Below are positions 28,092 through 38,290 of a stretch of 64,000 nt of DNA, in pieces. The stretch lies in assembly GCA_044376115.1 (NCBI GenBank), contig JBILLK010000001.1, positions 416,001 to 480,000 of the forward strand, written 5' to 3'. Made by a program: the position numbers and the translations under genes. Under the pieces are notes generated by a model. The model ran no database searches. It was not told where the DNA came from and saw only the letters and a program-made list of their open reading frames with translations. This DNA comes from Polyangiaceae bacterium. Its GTDB lineage: Bacteria > Myxococcota_A > Polyangia > Polyangiales > Polyangiaceae. Within the stretch, counting starts at the first letter, position 1. Every line of letters starts with the position of its first letter.

Positions 28092-30767
28092 ATGCGTAAA
28101 CGCGGAAGCTTAGCGGTTGCCTTCGTTTCTCTTGCGGCTCTCCACTGTGGCGGAGAGCTTTCGATTACGGGCTCGGGAGCGGGGGGCGCGGGAGGCACTG
28201 GCGGTAGCGGTGCTGGAGGGGCCGGTGGTGGAGGGGCACCAGGGCTACAGATTGAGGGGCTTACGGCTGCCGTCACGGGCGCCTATGACGATAACGGCTT
28301 GCTCCATGTTACCTGCCAGGAGGACGACGATTGCTATGCGGCCCTGGGCTACTTCCACGCCTCCAACCGCTTCTTCTTCATGGACTTCATCCGCAGCTTG
28401 GTTCGCGGGAAGCTCGCCTCCCTAGTGAAGGCTGGGGATACAGTGCTTGAAGTTGACTACGAGAATCGTCGCTTCTTCACTAGCCCTGACGGGACGCCAG
28501 TCGAGCAGAAGCTGTATGAGAATGGTTCTGATCGGGCCAAGGGTCACTTTGATGCATACACCCGAGGTGTCAACGCTTGGATCGCGGACATGCGCGCCAA
28601 CCGTAATGGCGCCACCCTTACCACCGAATATGACTTTGCGCTGATTGTTAAGGACAACATCCGTGACTGGGAACCGGAAGACTCGGCAGCAGTGGGTCTC
28701 TACGTCCTCAATGATCTTTCGAACAATAGCGACGGGGAGCTCGCACTGGCCCAGGCTATCAATGAATTTGACCCATTGTTAGCGCCCGACCTGTTCACAC
28801 CCAAGCCGGTTTTCGAAGCATCGACGATCAGTGGCTTCACTCCAGCACCCTATCCCGCGGGGCTCCCTATTGTTGGCGGTAGCAACTCAAGCTTCTTGAA
28901 TGGTTGGTACGCCAAGGAGCGCGGCCCTGCCACCAGAGGGTTGATAAGTGAGGCGCGCCGCGCGATGTCCAAAGTGGGTGGCGCGCAAAGCTGGAAGGGA
29001 CCTGGAGACACCGGGTCGAACAATTGGATTGTGGGGCCGACCAAATCTGCGACCGGTAATGCGCTGTTAGCGAATGACCCGCATCTACAATTAACCAACC
29101 CCAGCATTTGGTTCGCCGTCGAACTCGACGCAAAGTCGGCTGGAAACGGTAGCTATCACGTAGCGGGCAGCACCTTTCCCGGGCTTCCCTCCGTCATGGT
29201 CGGCCACAATGAGAAGATCGCTTGGGGAGTGACTACTGCTTATTACGACCTCGCAGACGTCTACCTCGAGGAGCTCAATGACGACGGCAGCGCGGTTGTA
29301 ATCAACGGAACCGACGTGCCTATCCTGGAAAAGGAGTATGAGTTCTTGGATGCCCAATCGGGCGATACCATCAAGAAGACCTTTCGGTATTCCCAACATG
29401 GGCCGATCGTCTCGGAGGACCTCGCCGCAAAGACGGCTGTCTCAATTCGCTGGACAGGTCACGAAGGCGGAACGGACCTGGACGGGTTCTTTGGGCTCGC
29501 GCGCGCAGAAACGTTTGAGGAAGCGAAGAGCGCCATCGAGTTCATCTCCAGCGCTAGTCAGAACTTCGTTGTTATCGACGTGGAAGGGAACTTTGGGTGG
29601 TTTCCATACATCAAGATCCCAGAGCGCCCCTGGGCTTCCAATAGCGTAGTTCCGTGGCTGCCTATCCCCGGTGAGGGCAGCGCCGAGTGGGGTCCCCCAG
29701 TCGCGCTCGAAGATCTTCCCCAGGCAGAGAACGTTGCGGACGGTTTTCTGGCCACCGCAAACGCGGACATGATTGGCGCCTCATTCGATGGGGATCTCCT
29801 CAATGACGGTCCGTCGATTCAAACGTTTCCAACTGCCAACGGTGCGCGTCAACGTCGCATCTTGGACCTCCTCGCAGCAGAGAACGCGCACACGGTTGAC
29901 TCGCTCGTAGCAATTCAAGGTGATACCTATTCGCTCTTTGGCGCCGGTATGAAGCAGGCATTCATTGATGCGGCAGCGGCGGGCGCCATTCCGCCGGAGC
30001 AGCAGCAGGTGATTGACGCTTTGGTCGCGTGGCAAGGGACCTGTCCGACTGGCGTCGTAGGGGACCCAAAGGAGCCGACCAAAGACGATGACACCACGGT
30101 CGCGGCGGAGTCGATCGGTTGCACGGCATTCCATGCAGTCTTCTTCGCAGCGGTTTACGCCGGAATGCGAGACGAAATCGAGGCTGCTGGGCTTACCTCT
30201 GTAAGCGGCTTCGACCAATCGTTGATAGCGCGCTCACTCCTGGACCCAACCAACCTCGCGTCTGGCGATCTGGTTTGGGACAATGTCAGCACTGGGGCCG
30301 TTGAAACAAGGAACGATACCCTTCGCGTGGCGTTGCAACTAGCAGCCACGGCACTCGCTGAGTTCGGCGAACCCGATGAATGGCGCTGGGGCTTCAGTCA
30401 CACCATCACCCTGCGCAGCGTGTTCGACAACTTTGGCGTGCCCAGCTACAACGAAGGCCCCTATGCCGCACCGGGCGGGCTTCACGCTGTCAACGTGGCC
30501 AACCCTTCAGTGCGCCTTCCGGAAGCGGGAAAGCCCTTCGACTTTTCCTTCCGAGCGGGACCGTCGATTCGATTCGTGGTTGAAGCACGTCCAGAGGGCC
30601 CGCGGATGGTCTATCAACTTCCGGGGGGAAATGACCTTCACCGTGATAGCCCCTTCTACAATAACCTTCTGCCTAACTGGCTAACCAACACGCCAATCGA
30701 ATTCCCGTTTGGTCCCGACGCTGTTCCTAATCCGGCTGTCGTCGTGGTGATTGAACCGAAGCCTTGA
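28092..30767 (+). CDS. Penicillin acylase family Ntn-hydrolase (lipoprotein)
   Basis: GSNNW, LLANDPHL, HGP, TAN motifs. Confidence 0.92.
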   Translation: MRKRGSLAVAFVSLAALHCGGELSITGSGAGGAGGTGGSGAGGAGGGGAPGLQIEGLTAAVTGAYDDNGLLHVTCQEDDDCYAALGYFHASNRFFFMDFIRSLVRGKLASLVKAGDTVLEVDYENRRFFTSPDGTPVEQKLYENGSDRAKGHFDAYTRGVNAWIADMRANRNGATLTTEYDFALIVKDNIRDWEPEDSAAVGLYVLNDLSNNSDGELALAQAINEFDPLLAPDLFTPKPVFEASTISGFTPAPYPAGLPIVGGSNSSFLNGWYAKERGPATRGLISEARRAMSKVGGAQSWKGPGDTGSNNWIVGPTKSATGNALLANDPHLQLTNPSIWFAVELDAKSAGNGSYHVAGSTFPGLPSVMVGHNEKIAWGVTTAYYDLADVYLEELNDDGSAVVINGTDVPILEKEYEFLDAQSGDTIKKTFRYSQHGPIVSEDLAAKTAVSIRWTGHEGGTDLDGFFGLARAETFEEAKSAIEFISSASQNFVVIDVEGNFGWFPYIKIPERPWASNSVVPWLPIPGEGSAEWGPPVALEDLPQAENVADGFLATANADMIGASFDGDLLNDGPSIQTFPTANGARQRRILDLLAAENAHTVDSLVAIQGDTYSLFGAGMKQAFIDAAAAGAIPPEQQQVIDALVAWQGTCPTGVVGDPKEPTKDDDTTVAAESIGCTAFHAVFFAAVYAGMRDEIEAAGLTSVSGFDQSLIARSLLDPTNLASGDLVWDNVSTGAVETRNDTLRVALQLAATALAEFGEPDEWRWGFSHTITLRSVFDNFGVPSYNEGPYAAPGGLHAVNVANPSVRLPEAGKPFDFSFRAGPSIRFVVEARPEGPRMVYQLPGGNDLHRDSPFYNNLLPNWLTNTPIEFPFGPDAVPNPAVVVVIEPKP

Positions 30768-30895
30768 TTTCGTTCGATAACGACTCGGGCCAAGCCGAAG
30801 GACTGGTACCTACGAGGGTTCTCCAACGGTCACGAGTCGTTCTGTTCACTGCAGCAGCCACGAATGGTGGCAAGACCTGATAGAAGAGGACTCGA

Positions 30896-31765
30896 ATGCA
30901 TCGTTCTTATTGGATGTTGTTATTGGCTCTGGGCGTTGGCGCTCCGCTTGCTGGCTGCGACCAGCTCAAGTCGGACGATAAGAAATCGTCGAAGTCCTCG
31001 AAGGACGAGGACGAGAGCGACACCAAGAGTAAGAAGAAGAAGAAGGCCGCTGACGAGGAGTCCGACTCGGATGAGGAGGAGAGTTCAGCCAAGCCGACGG
31101 CCTCCGCGAGCGCGGCGCCCGTACCTCCTCCCCCGCCCCCTTCGGCGACGGCAGCACCAACCGACACAGCCCCTACGGCTTCCAACACGGCACCCCCGCC
31201 ACCGCCGCCTCAGCCAACGTTGCCAGGCCGAACCGCTACGCCCACCAACGAAGAGTGGAGCCTTGCGCCTGAGCTCTCAGTTGCCGGCTCAACCAAGCTC
31301 GATTGCGAGACCAAGGGAGTGCGCGAGTGGGTGCGCGTTAGCTGCAAGAGCGGGAGCTCGTCGCGGGGGGCGCCAACCGGGGTCTCGGTGAGTCGGGGTC
31401 AGGAGCGTGGTGAGACCTTCACCTTCGCTTCAGGCGGCGTAACGTCGCTTGTGTATCCGTTCTATGAGGGCCAGGATTTGCTGGCGCGTTTCACTTGGGA
31501 GAATCACACGAGTGATTACACCGCGTTGTGGCCGCGTGGCGCGCCGAGGCCTCCCGTGGTTGGAATCTTTGCTAATACCGGTACTGCCACACCCACCACT
31601 ACAGCGACTACCACCGCGACTACGACCGCGACCAAAGATCAGTGCACCACCGACGCTAATTGTCCACGTGGGTCCAAGTGCAAGCCGTCACCAACTGGCA
31701 AGGTCTGCGTGGCGGAGCGTCTACCTGGAACTCTGAAAATTCCGGGTCGGCCGATCAAGAAGTGA
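30896..31765 (+). CDS. Low-complexity lipoprotein
   Basis: LAGC; K/D/S- and Pro/Thr-rich linkers; globular middle. Confidence 0.75.
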   Translation: MHRSYWMLLLALGVGAPLAGCDQLKSDDKKSSKSSKDEDESDTKSKKKKKAADEESDSDEEESSAKPTASASAAPVPPPPPPSATAAPTDTAPTASNTAPPPPPPQPTLPGRTATPTNEEWSLAPELSVAGSTKLDCETKGVREWVRVSCKSGSSSRGAPTGVSVSRGQERGETFTFASGGVTSLVYPFYEGQDLLARFTWENHTSDYTALWPRGAPRPPVVGIFANTGTATPTTTATTTATTTATKDQCTTDANCPRGSKCKPSPTGKVCVAERLPGTLKIPGRPIKK

Positions 31766-31816
31766 AGGCTAGCGGTACTGCTCGAGAGGGGCGCGGGTCA
31801 TTCTGTTTAGTTATCT

Positions 31817-33094
31817 ATGCTTCGCGCCCCTGATCCCCTAACGCCCGAGGAACGGGCACGTTTACTGGCACAACCTAGGCCACGACGCAGCCTGCCGCTC
31901 TTAGCTGAGCAGCAAGCAGTCCCTGCACTAGCACCCGCCGCGCGCGAGGCTGATCGCAGCTGCCGACCAATCTACGCCGTTTGGGAGATCACGCTCGCGT
32001 GTGATCTTTCCTGTCGTCACTGCGGCTCGCGCGCCGGCAAGGCCCGCAGTGACGAGCTGAACACCACCGAAGCCCTCGATCTGGTGGATCAACTCGCTGA
32101 GCTGGGTGTGCACGAAATCATTCTGATCGGCGGTGAAGCCTATCTTCGTGAGGACTTGGCGACGATTGTTGCGCGCATTCATCAACGCGGGCTGCAAGCG
32201 TTGATGACGACTGGCGGACGCGGCATCGATGCGGCGATGGCCCGACGTCTCGCGGAGGCCGGAATCGACAGCGTGAGTGTCTCACTCGATGGGCTGGAAG
32301 CAACTCACGACCGGCTGCGCGGGTTGCAAGGCTCATTTGCTGCGGCCGTCCGTGCGATCGACGCATTGCGGAACGCGGGAGTACGCGTCAGCGCGAACAC
32401 GCAGATCAACCGGCTAAGTATGCCTGAGCTCGAACCGCTGTTCGAACTGCTCGTCGCGCGTGGAATCCACAGTTGGCAGATACAGTTGACCGTGGCGATG
32501 GGTCGAGCAGCCGACGAACCCGAGGTGCTATTGCAGCCCTACGATCTGCTCGAGCTTTTCCCCTTACTCGGCGGGCTTGCGGGTCGCTGTCGCGAAGCTG
32601 GGGTGCAGCTTTGGACGGGAAACAACGTTGGGTACTTTGGGCCGTTCGAGGCAGCGTTACGGCAGACGATGCCCAGCGGACACATGGCGTCGTGCGGCGC
32701 AGGGCGCTCCGGCCTTGGGATCGAATCGGACGGGACAATCAAGGGCTGTCCTTCGCTCGCCACCTCCAACTGGGCAGCAGGCAACGTGCGTGATCACCGG
32801 CTTTTGGATCTGTGGGAGCGCGCACCCACCATGCGTTACACCCGTGACCACACGGTCGACCAGCTCTGGGGATTTTGTCGGACTTGCTACTATGCGGAGA
32901 GCTGCCGGGGTGGGTGCACGTGGACGGGGGAGTCCTTGTTGGGGCGGCCTGGTAACAACCCGCTTTGCCACCACCGCGCGTTGGAGCTGGCAAAGCGCGG
33001 ACTCCGTGAGCGGCTCGTTCAGGTTGAACGAGCCGGGGGTAGGCCGTTCGACATGGCCCGCTTCGACTTGATCGTCGAGCCGAGTGGCGAGTGA
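31817..33094 (+). CDS. Radical SAM/SPASM peptide maturase (splicease/PlpX-like)
   Basis: VWEITLACDLSCRHCGSRAG; SPASM CGAG...GCPSL...CRTCYYAESCRGGC. Confidence 0.88.
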   Translation: MLRAPDPLTPEERARLLAQPRPRRSLPLLAEQQAVPALAPAAREADRSCRPIYAVWEITLACDLSCRHCGSRAGKARSDELNTTEALDLVDQLAELGVHEIILIGGEAYLREDLATIVARIHQRGLQALMTTGGRGIDAAMARRLAEAGIDSVSVSLDGLEATHDRLRGLQGSFAAAVRAIDALRNAGVRVSANTQINRLSMPELEPLFELLVARGIHSWQIQLTVAMGRAADEPEVLLQPYDLLELFPLLGGLAGRCREAGVQLWTGNNVGYFGPFEAALRQTMPSGHMASCGAGRSGLGIESDGTIKGCPSLATSNWAAGNVRDHRLLDLWERAPTMRYTRDHTVDQLWGFCRTCYYAESCRGGCTWTGESLLGRPGNNPLCHHRALELAKRGLRERLVQVERAGGRPFDMARFDLIVEPSGE

Positions 33095-33145
33095 CGATTG
33101 GCCACTTTCTTCCAGTAGCGGGGAGTTGAGGTTAAGCTACCCGCA

Positions 33146-33337
33146 ATGCGCGCGTTCCTGTTTGCGTCAGTCTTGCTTGGGCTCTCCACTTTCGGATGCA
33201 CGACCGTCCGGAGTGACCCACCCGCATCGGATCCGCAGGCACCACTCCTCATAGCACCGGATGGCGGCGGTGGTTCCACGAGTTCCTCGAGTTCCTCGGG
33301 TTCGGGAGATACTGGGGGCGGGGGCACAAACCCGTGA
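33146..33337 (+). CDS. Small lipoprotein
   Basis: FGC lipobox; Gly/Ser tail. Confidence 0.5.
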   Translation: MRAFLFASVLLGLSTFGCTTVRSDPPASDPQAPLLIAPDGGGGSTSSSSSSGSGDTGGGGTNP

Positions 33338-33393
33338 GGCACACGGTTACTTGTGCCGGCTGCTAGCCCAGGTTCGTGATAAATCGGAGTTCG

Positions 33394-34806
33394 ATGTCGA
33401 ACGCTGGTCGCAGCTCCGATGAGGAGACTTTGCGGGTCCAAACACCAGCGGAGTCGCGGCTGATGTTAACGGCTCTTTGGGACGGCGGCAGTTTCACGCA
33501 GTTCATTGAGCGCGGCAAAGTGGCCGTGCTCGGGCGTGGCTCCCAAGCGGATGTGGTCGTCGAGCACCCATCGATCTCTCGCAGGCACGTGAGCCTTTCG
33601 CTTGGATCAGAACTTTTGGTTTCTGACTTGGGTAGCTCCAACGGCACAAAGGTGCGCGGGCGACGGCTGGACCCACAGGAACAAGTGGTAGTCGGCTGGG
33701 GCGAGCCTTTCGAGGTCGGACATGCCGTAGTTATCGTGCGAACACCATCGGTGAGCGGTGGTGACCTTCGCAACGGCGAGCAGTCGCAAACCTCCATTGC
33801 ATCGGTGGAGCGCCTACTGAAGCTGGTCGCGCCCACGCATATCTCGGTTCTTTTGCTCGGAGAGACCGGCGTTGGAAAAGGCTATTACGCGCGCCGGCTC
33901 CACGATCTGTCGAACCGAGCGGGTGGGCCATGGCTGCACCTAAACTGTGCCGCGCTCTCTGAACAGCTCCTTGAGGGCGAGCTCTTTGGCTACGAGAAGG
34001 GGGCTTTCACAGGCGCTCACCAATCGAAGATCGGCCTGCTCGAGTCGGCCTCTGGCGGCACCGTTTTTCTGGATGAGGTAGGCGATCTACCCCCCTCGAT
34101 TCAAGCCAAGCTGCTGCTTGCGCTTGAACGTCGGGAGGTCATCCGCATCGGCTCGCTCAAGCCGCGTGGGTTTGACGTGCGGTTCATTTCGGCGACCAAC
34201 CGGTGGGAAGCAGGGACCGTAAATGAAGGGTTTCGCAGCGACCTCTATTACCGCCTAGCCGGCATGCCCATCTCGATCCCACCCCTGCGCCAGCGACGGG
34301 GCGAGATCGCGGGCCTAACGTCGTCGCTGTTACAGGAAGCGGCAGTACGGCTTGGACGAACGGTGCCGCAACTCGGCCCTGAGGTCGTAAGCAAGCTTGA
34401 GAACGCCGAATGGACGGGCAATGTGCGCGAGCTGGGCAGCGTGCTCGAGCGGGCGCTGTTGTTCGCGGGAGAAGAGCTTACGGCCGAGCACCTCGAGCTC
34501 GCGAGGGGGCCAGCCGTGCGCCCCAGCGTTCCGCCGCGTCCACTCGCGGCAGACTCTGCGCCAAATTCGGTACCTCCACCCAACTCGTTTCCAGCGCCGC
34601 CCTCCAATCCTTCGGCGCCGCCGCCACCGCCCTCCAAGAAGACCTTGGCGGAGGACGTTGGCGAAGTGGAGCGTCGTCGAATCATGGAGGCCCTCGATCA
34701 ATGCGCCGGCAACCAAGTACGCGCAGCCGAGCTTCTCGGCGTCTCCAGGAGGACATTGATCAACCGGATGATCGCCTACGCAATTCCTCGTCCGCGGAAG
34801 GGCTAG
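33394..34806 (+). CDS. FHA-domain sigma54-dependent activator
   Basis: GR..SRRH..DLGSSNGT FHA; GETGVGK; GAFTGA; Fis-type HTH. Confidence 0.92.
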   Translation: MSNAGRSSDEETLRVQTPAESRLMLTALWDGGSFTQFIERGKVAVLGRGSQADVVVEHPSISRRHVSLSLGSELLVSDLGSSNGTKVRGRRLDPQEQVVVGWGEPFEVGHAVVIVRTPSVSGGDLRNGEQSQTSIASVERLLKLVAPTHISVLLLGETGVGKGYYARRLHDLSNRAGGPWLHLNCAALSEQLLEGELFGYEKGAFTGAHQSKIGLLESASGGTVFLDEVGDLPPSIQAKLLLALERREVIRIGSLKPRGFDVRFISATNRWEAGTVNEGFRSDLYYRLAGMPISIPPLRQRRGEIAGLTSSLLQEAAVRLGRTVPQLGPEVVSKLENAEWTGNVRELGSVLERALLFAGEELTAEHLELARGPAVRPSVPPRPLAADSAPNSVPPPNSFPAPPSNPSAPPPPPSKKTLAEDVGEVERRRIMEALDQCAGNQVRAAELLGVSRRTLINRMIAYAIPRPRKG

Positions 34807-34815
34807 GCAAACCAA

Positions 34816-35658
34816 GTGCGTGTGGCCCTCCCCACCGGCACCGTAGACACTACGGTGATTGGCCTAGGTCCACCTCTCGTTTTTCTTCACGGAGGACCAG
34901 GCCTGGACCACCACTACTTCCGGCCCTGGCTCGACGCACTGGCCGACGTCCGAACCTTGGTCTTCTTCGACATGCGAGGCTGCGGCGCTTCACCTTCGCC
35001 CACGAACTCATCGCTGGGGGTCGTCGAATGGGCGGGCGACGTGCTCCATTTGATGAACGCACTCGGGTACGAAAGCGCAGACCTCATTGGCCATTCGTTC
35101 GGCGCGTGCGTAGCGATGCAAGCTGCAGCCACGACTCCTGAGCGGATCCCACGCCTGCTGCTGGTCGCGCCCCCTGGGTCAGCGAACGACGGTGAGCGGC
35201 TTGCCCACGTGTTGGCGCGTGGCACGCCCGAACAGATCGCGTGCTACCTCGCTCCTGGCTTTCCGGAGAGCGACCACGAGCTCGCGCAACGGTGGAATTG
35301 CATGCTGTCGCTCTACTTTGCGCACCAGCAAGCGCACGACGTTGCACAGCGGCTCCACCGCGAGCGTCTCTCGGTGAGCGCCTTTCGCGACGGTCTGGCT
35401 TCTCTACAATCGACTCAATTTCGAAAGTCAGTGAGCACCCTGCGCTCGCGCGTTCTTCTGTGCAGCGGGCGCGAGGACTGGCTCAGCCGCCCAGAAGCGG
35501 GCCTTGCGTGGCGCGCCCAGCTGCCCCAGGCCGAGACATTCGTTTTCGAGCGCAGCGGCCACTTCCCTTTCATCGAAGAAACCAGCCTTTTTATCGAGGT
35601 TGCCCGCTCATTTCTCAACGATCACGGATCGGCGCAACAGCGAAAGCCCTCTTCGTAA
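34816..35658 (+). CDS. Alpha/beta hydrolase (proline iminopeptidase-like)
   Basis: HGGPG, DMRGCG, GHSFG, SGHFP. Confidence 0.85.
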   Translation: MRVALPTGTVDTTVIGLGPPLVFLHGGPGLDHHYFRPWLDALADVRTLVFFDMRGCGASPSPTNSSLGVVEWAGDVLHLMNALGYESADLIGHSFGACVAMQAAATTPERIPRLLLVAPPGSANDGERLAHVLARGTPEQIACYLAPGFPESDHELAQRWNCMLSLYFAHQQAHDVAQRLHRERLSVSAFRDGLASLQSTQFRKSVSTLRSRVLLCSGREDWLSRPEAGLAWRAQLPQAETFVFERSGHFPFIEETSLFIEVARSFLNDHGSAQQRKPSS

Positions 35659-36599
35659 CCAAAGTCGTCTTCCTTATGGAAGTCGACCGTCGGCCGACAA
35701 CGTCCTCGCACGGGCCCCCACCACCCCCCTTTCAAGCCTGACCGATCGGGATATTTCTTCTTTGGAATCTCCACCCATTCGTTGATGTTGCCATTCATGT
35801 CGAACACACCAAATGGCGACACACACTCGGGCAGAGAGCCTGCTGGGAGCCGCTGATCAAGCTCAGCCAAGTGCGCTTTGCATGCTGGTCGATCCATGCA
35901 CTTTGCATAGCGAAACAGCTTCTTTTGGCGCTTTCGATACTCCTTGTCGATGCTGCATTTTGTAGCGTCACGAACGTAGCCGTAGGTGTACGGCAGCATC
36001 TCTTTACCCTCGCAGGCGAAGTTGAATTCGTCTTCGGTGCAGAGTCGCTTTCCAGCCGATTCGCAGGCAGCTTTGGCCTCGGTCCACGACACGAGTAGAC
36101 TGGGAAGCTCGCCCTTCTTGTTCGGAAACTCGTAGCGGTCGACGCAGAACCTGAGCTTCCGCCGCTCGCTTGAAAGACACTTGGATGGGCTCTGATACTC
36201 GAGGCAACGCTCGCTGACGGTGCTCTTGTATTTTTGGCCCTTGGCTTCGGCTTTGGCTTTCTTCCTGAGGTCCGCTTCGTACTCAGGGTGATAACGGATG
36301 CAGGTTTGCTCGACCTCCGGGCAATAGTCCCCTTCGACCATCACCATGCCCTCGCGACACGAGCTTGGTCCAGCGAGCGCCTCGGTCGAGGGCATCGCTG
36401 CAGAGGGCATCGCACTCATCACCGCACTCCCCGGGGATGGCGCTGACGCGACAATCTCCGAAGCGGCAGCCATTGAGGCCGTCACTGCTGCCGTACGTTC
36501 GTGGTCAGGTGTGGTGTCGGGACCATCGAGTCGCTCACCATCGCAGCTGATCGACAGCATCGTTCCGAGCGCCAGCGTTTGCCGCCAAGGGGTTTTCAC
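35622..36599 (-). CDS. FGE-sulfatase/SUMF1-domain protein
   Basis: GKRLCTEDEF, SPFGVFDMNGNINEW, GFRCC. Confidence 0.88.
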   Translation of the reverse strand: MKTPWRQTLALGTMLSISCDGERLDGPDTTPDHERTAAVTASMAAASEIVASAPSPGSAVMSAMPSAAMPSTEALAGPSSCREGMVMVEGDYCPEVEQTCIRYHPEYEADLRKKAKAEAKGQKYKSTVSERCLEYQSPSKCLSSERRKLRFCVDRYEFPNKKGELPSLLVSWTEAKAACESAGKRLCTEDEFNFACEGKEMLPYTYGYVRDATKCSIDKEYRKRQKKLFRYAKCMDRPACKAHLAELDQRLPAGSLPECVSPFGVFDMNGNINEWVEIPKKKYPDRSGLKGGWWGPVRGRCRPTVDFHKEDDFGYEEGFRCCADP

Positions 36600-36675
36600 A
36601 CCCCGCGGATGCGGCGCCGTCAGCCAAGCGTCAAGACATCTTGCGATCCCGGCTCACTTCCAACACGATCGCCGA

Positions 36676-38271
36676 ATGCGCCGTACCCTCCTCGTTGCGA
36701 ACCTCCCGATCGTTCTCGCCAGCCTTCTACTCGGTTGCTCTTCAGACATTGATGATCTGTTTGGTGGGACGGGCCCAGGGACCGGTGGGGATGACGCGGG
36801 CGGAGGTGGCTCCACAGCGGGGGGCAACAACAACGTGGGTGGGCAAGGAGCTGGCGGCCCCTCGGTTGGTGGCAGCTCGGTTGGTGGCAGCTCGGTTGGT
36901 GGTAACGGCGGCGGGGGCGCGAGCCCAAATTGTGGTGACGGCGTAGTCGACGGCAATGAAGATTGCGACGGTGCGGATCTCGCGGGCGTGTCCTGTCAGG
37001 ACTTCGGCTTCAGCAACGAAGGTGGGCTCGCCTGTACCGCTCGATGCACATTTGACGCGGGCAACTGTGCGCCTGTTTGCGACGGGCAAGACGTAGAACC
37101 AGGCGAGGCCTGCGACGGAGACGACCTCAACGGCGTCACCTGCATGGACTTTGGGTTCGTGAATCCCAATGGCGCGACATGCATTCAATGCTCGGTGATC
37201 GATGCCGAGGGCTGTCAGGCTCAATGCGGTAACGGCAATATGGAGCCTGGTGAACAGTGCGACGGCCCCGTTGGAGGGCTGTTCTCTTGCACCGATTTCG
37301 GCTTCACCAACCCGACGAACGGAGCGCCGCTCTGCACCAACTGCGCCCCAGATCCCTCCAACTGCGTAGCGGTATGCGGCAATATGGACGTTGAGCCGAC
37401 TGAGGGCTGCGACGACGGTAACACCGACGCCAATGACGGCTGCTCGGCGAGCTGTCAACTCGAGCAAGACTCCTGCGATCTCGCCACCCCGATCACGCAG
37501 GGCTTTGGGACCACGCAGATCACGGGGACGACCTTGTCCAGCGCGGCAGATCTCACCACCACAAGCGATGATTGTGGCGTTAGTGCATCGGCAAAGAACA
37601 AGGTCTACGCAGTTACCGTGACCGAGGGTGGTTTCCTCACCGCATGGATCGAGCGAGCCGGCACCAACTTCGACACGGTGCTCTACGCTCGTACGACCTG
37701 TGACAGTGACGCTTCGGAGGTACTGTGTTCCGACAGCTCGCTCATCGAGCAGAACAACTTTGTCGGTGGAGGCGAGGTCGTGTCCTTCCCGGTCGCAGAC
37801 GGCACAACGATCTACCTCGTCGTGGATGGCGCCTTTTCAACAGAAGAAGGTGACTTTGCATTGAACGTTGACCTTTCAACCGGCCAGAACTGCTTCGACC
37901 CTATTCCGCTCCCAATCTTCGCTGGCACGACCCAGAAGGTGCTTGGCTTCACCAATGGCCAAACCTCCACGGCGGCCGGAGACTGTGGCGGCTCGTTCAC
38001 TGACGATGTGGTTTACGAGCTGCGTCGACGCACACCGACGATCACGAACATGGAGGTCACCTTGCCGCCCGCGGAGACTTCTTACGATTCGCTTTTGCAC
38101 GTGCGCACCCAGTGCGGCGTGAGTAACAGTCAGGTTGGCTGCAGCGACGTCAACGGCAACGGCGGCGAACAGTTGAATCTCGCGTTTGTGATGAACGACA
38201 CGCGATTCATGTGGGTCGACGGGGACCAAGCGAGCGGAAGCTACGCTTTGACGATCACGCCGAGCCCCTGA
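36676..38271 (+). CDS. Myxococcal Cys-rich (DUF4215-like) lipoprotein
   Basis: LLGC; repeated CG(D/N)G.V...E.CD; CDDGN...DGCS. Confidence 0.82.
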   Translation: MRRTLLVANLPIVLASLLLGCSSDIDDLFGGTGPGTGGDDAGGGGSTAGGNNNVGGQGAGGPSVGGSSVGGSSVGGNGGGGASPNCGDGVVDGNEDCDGADLAGVSCQDFGFSNEGGLACTARCTFDAGNCAPVCDGQDVEPGEACDGDDLNGVTCMDFGFVNPNGATCIQCSVIDAEGCQAQCGNGNMEPGEQCDGPVGGLFSCTDFGFTNPTNGAPLCTNCAPDPSNCVAVCGNMDVEPTEGCDDGNTDANDGCSASCQLEQDSCDLATPITQGFGTTQITGTTLSSAADLTTTSDDCGVSASAKNKVYAVTVTEGGFLTAWIERAGTNFDTVLYARTTCDSDASEVLCSDSSLIEQNNFVGGGEVVSFPVADGTTIYLVVDGAFSTEEGDFALNVDLSTGQNCFDPIPLPIFAGTTQKVLGFTNGQTSTAAGDCGGSFTDDVVYELRRRTPTITNMEVTLPPAETSYDSLLHVRTQCGVSNSQVGCSDVNGNGGEQLNLAFVMNDTRFMWVDGDQASGSYALTITPSP

Positions 38272-38290
38272 AGCTAACGCGGAGCTCTTC

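Noticed and set aside
33146..33337. Small ORF after the rSAM as its precursor peptide
   Set aside because: Lacks Tyr/YG and looks like a plain lipoprotein; cannot be fully excluded
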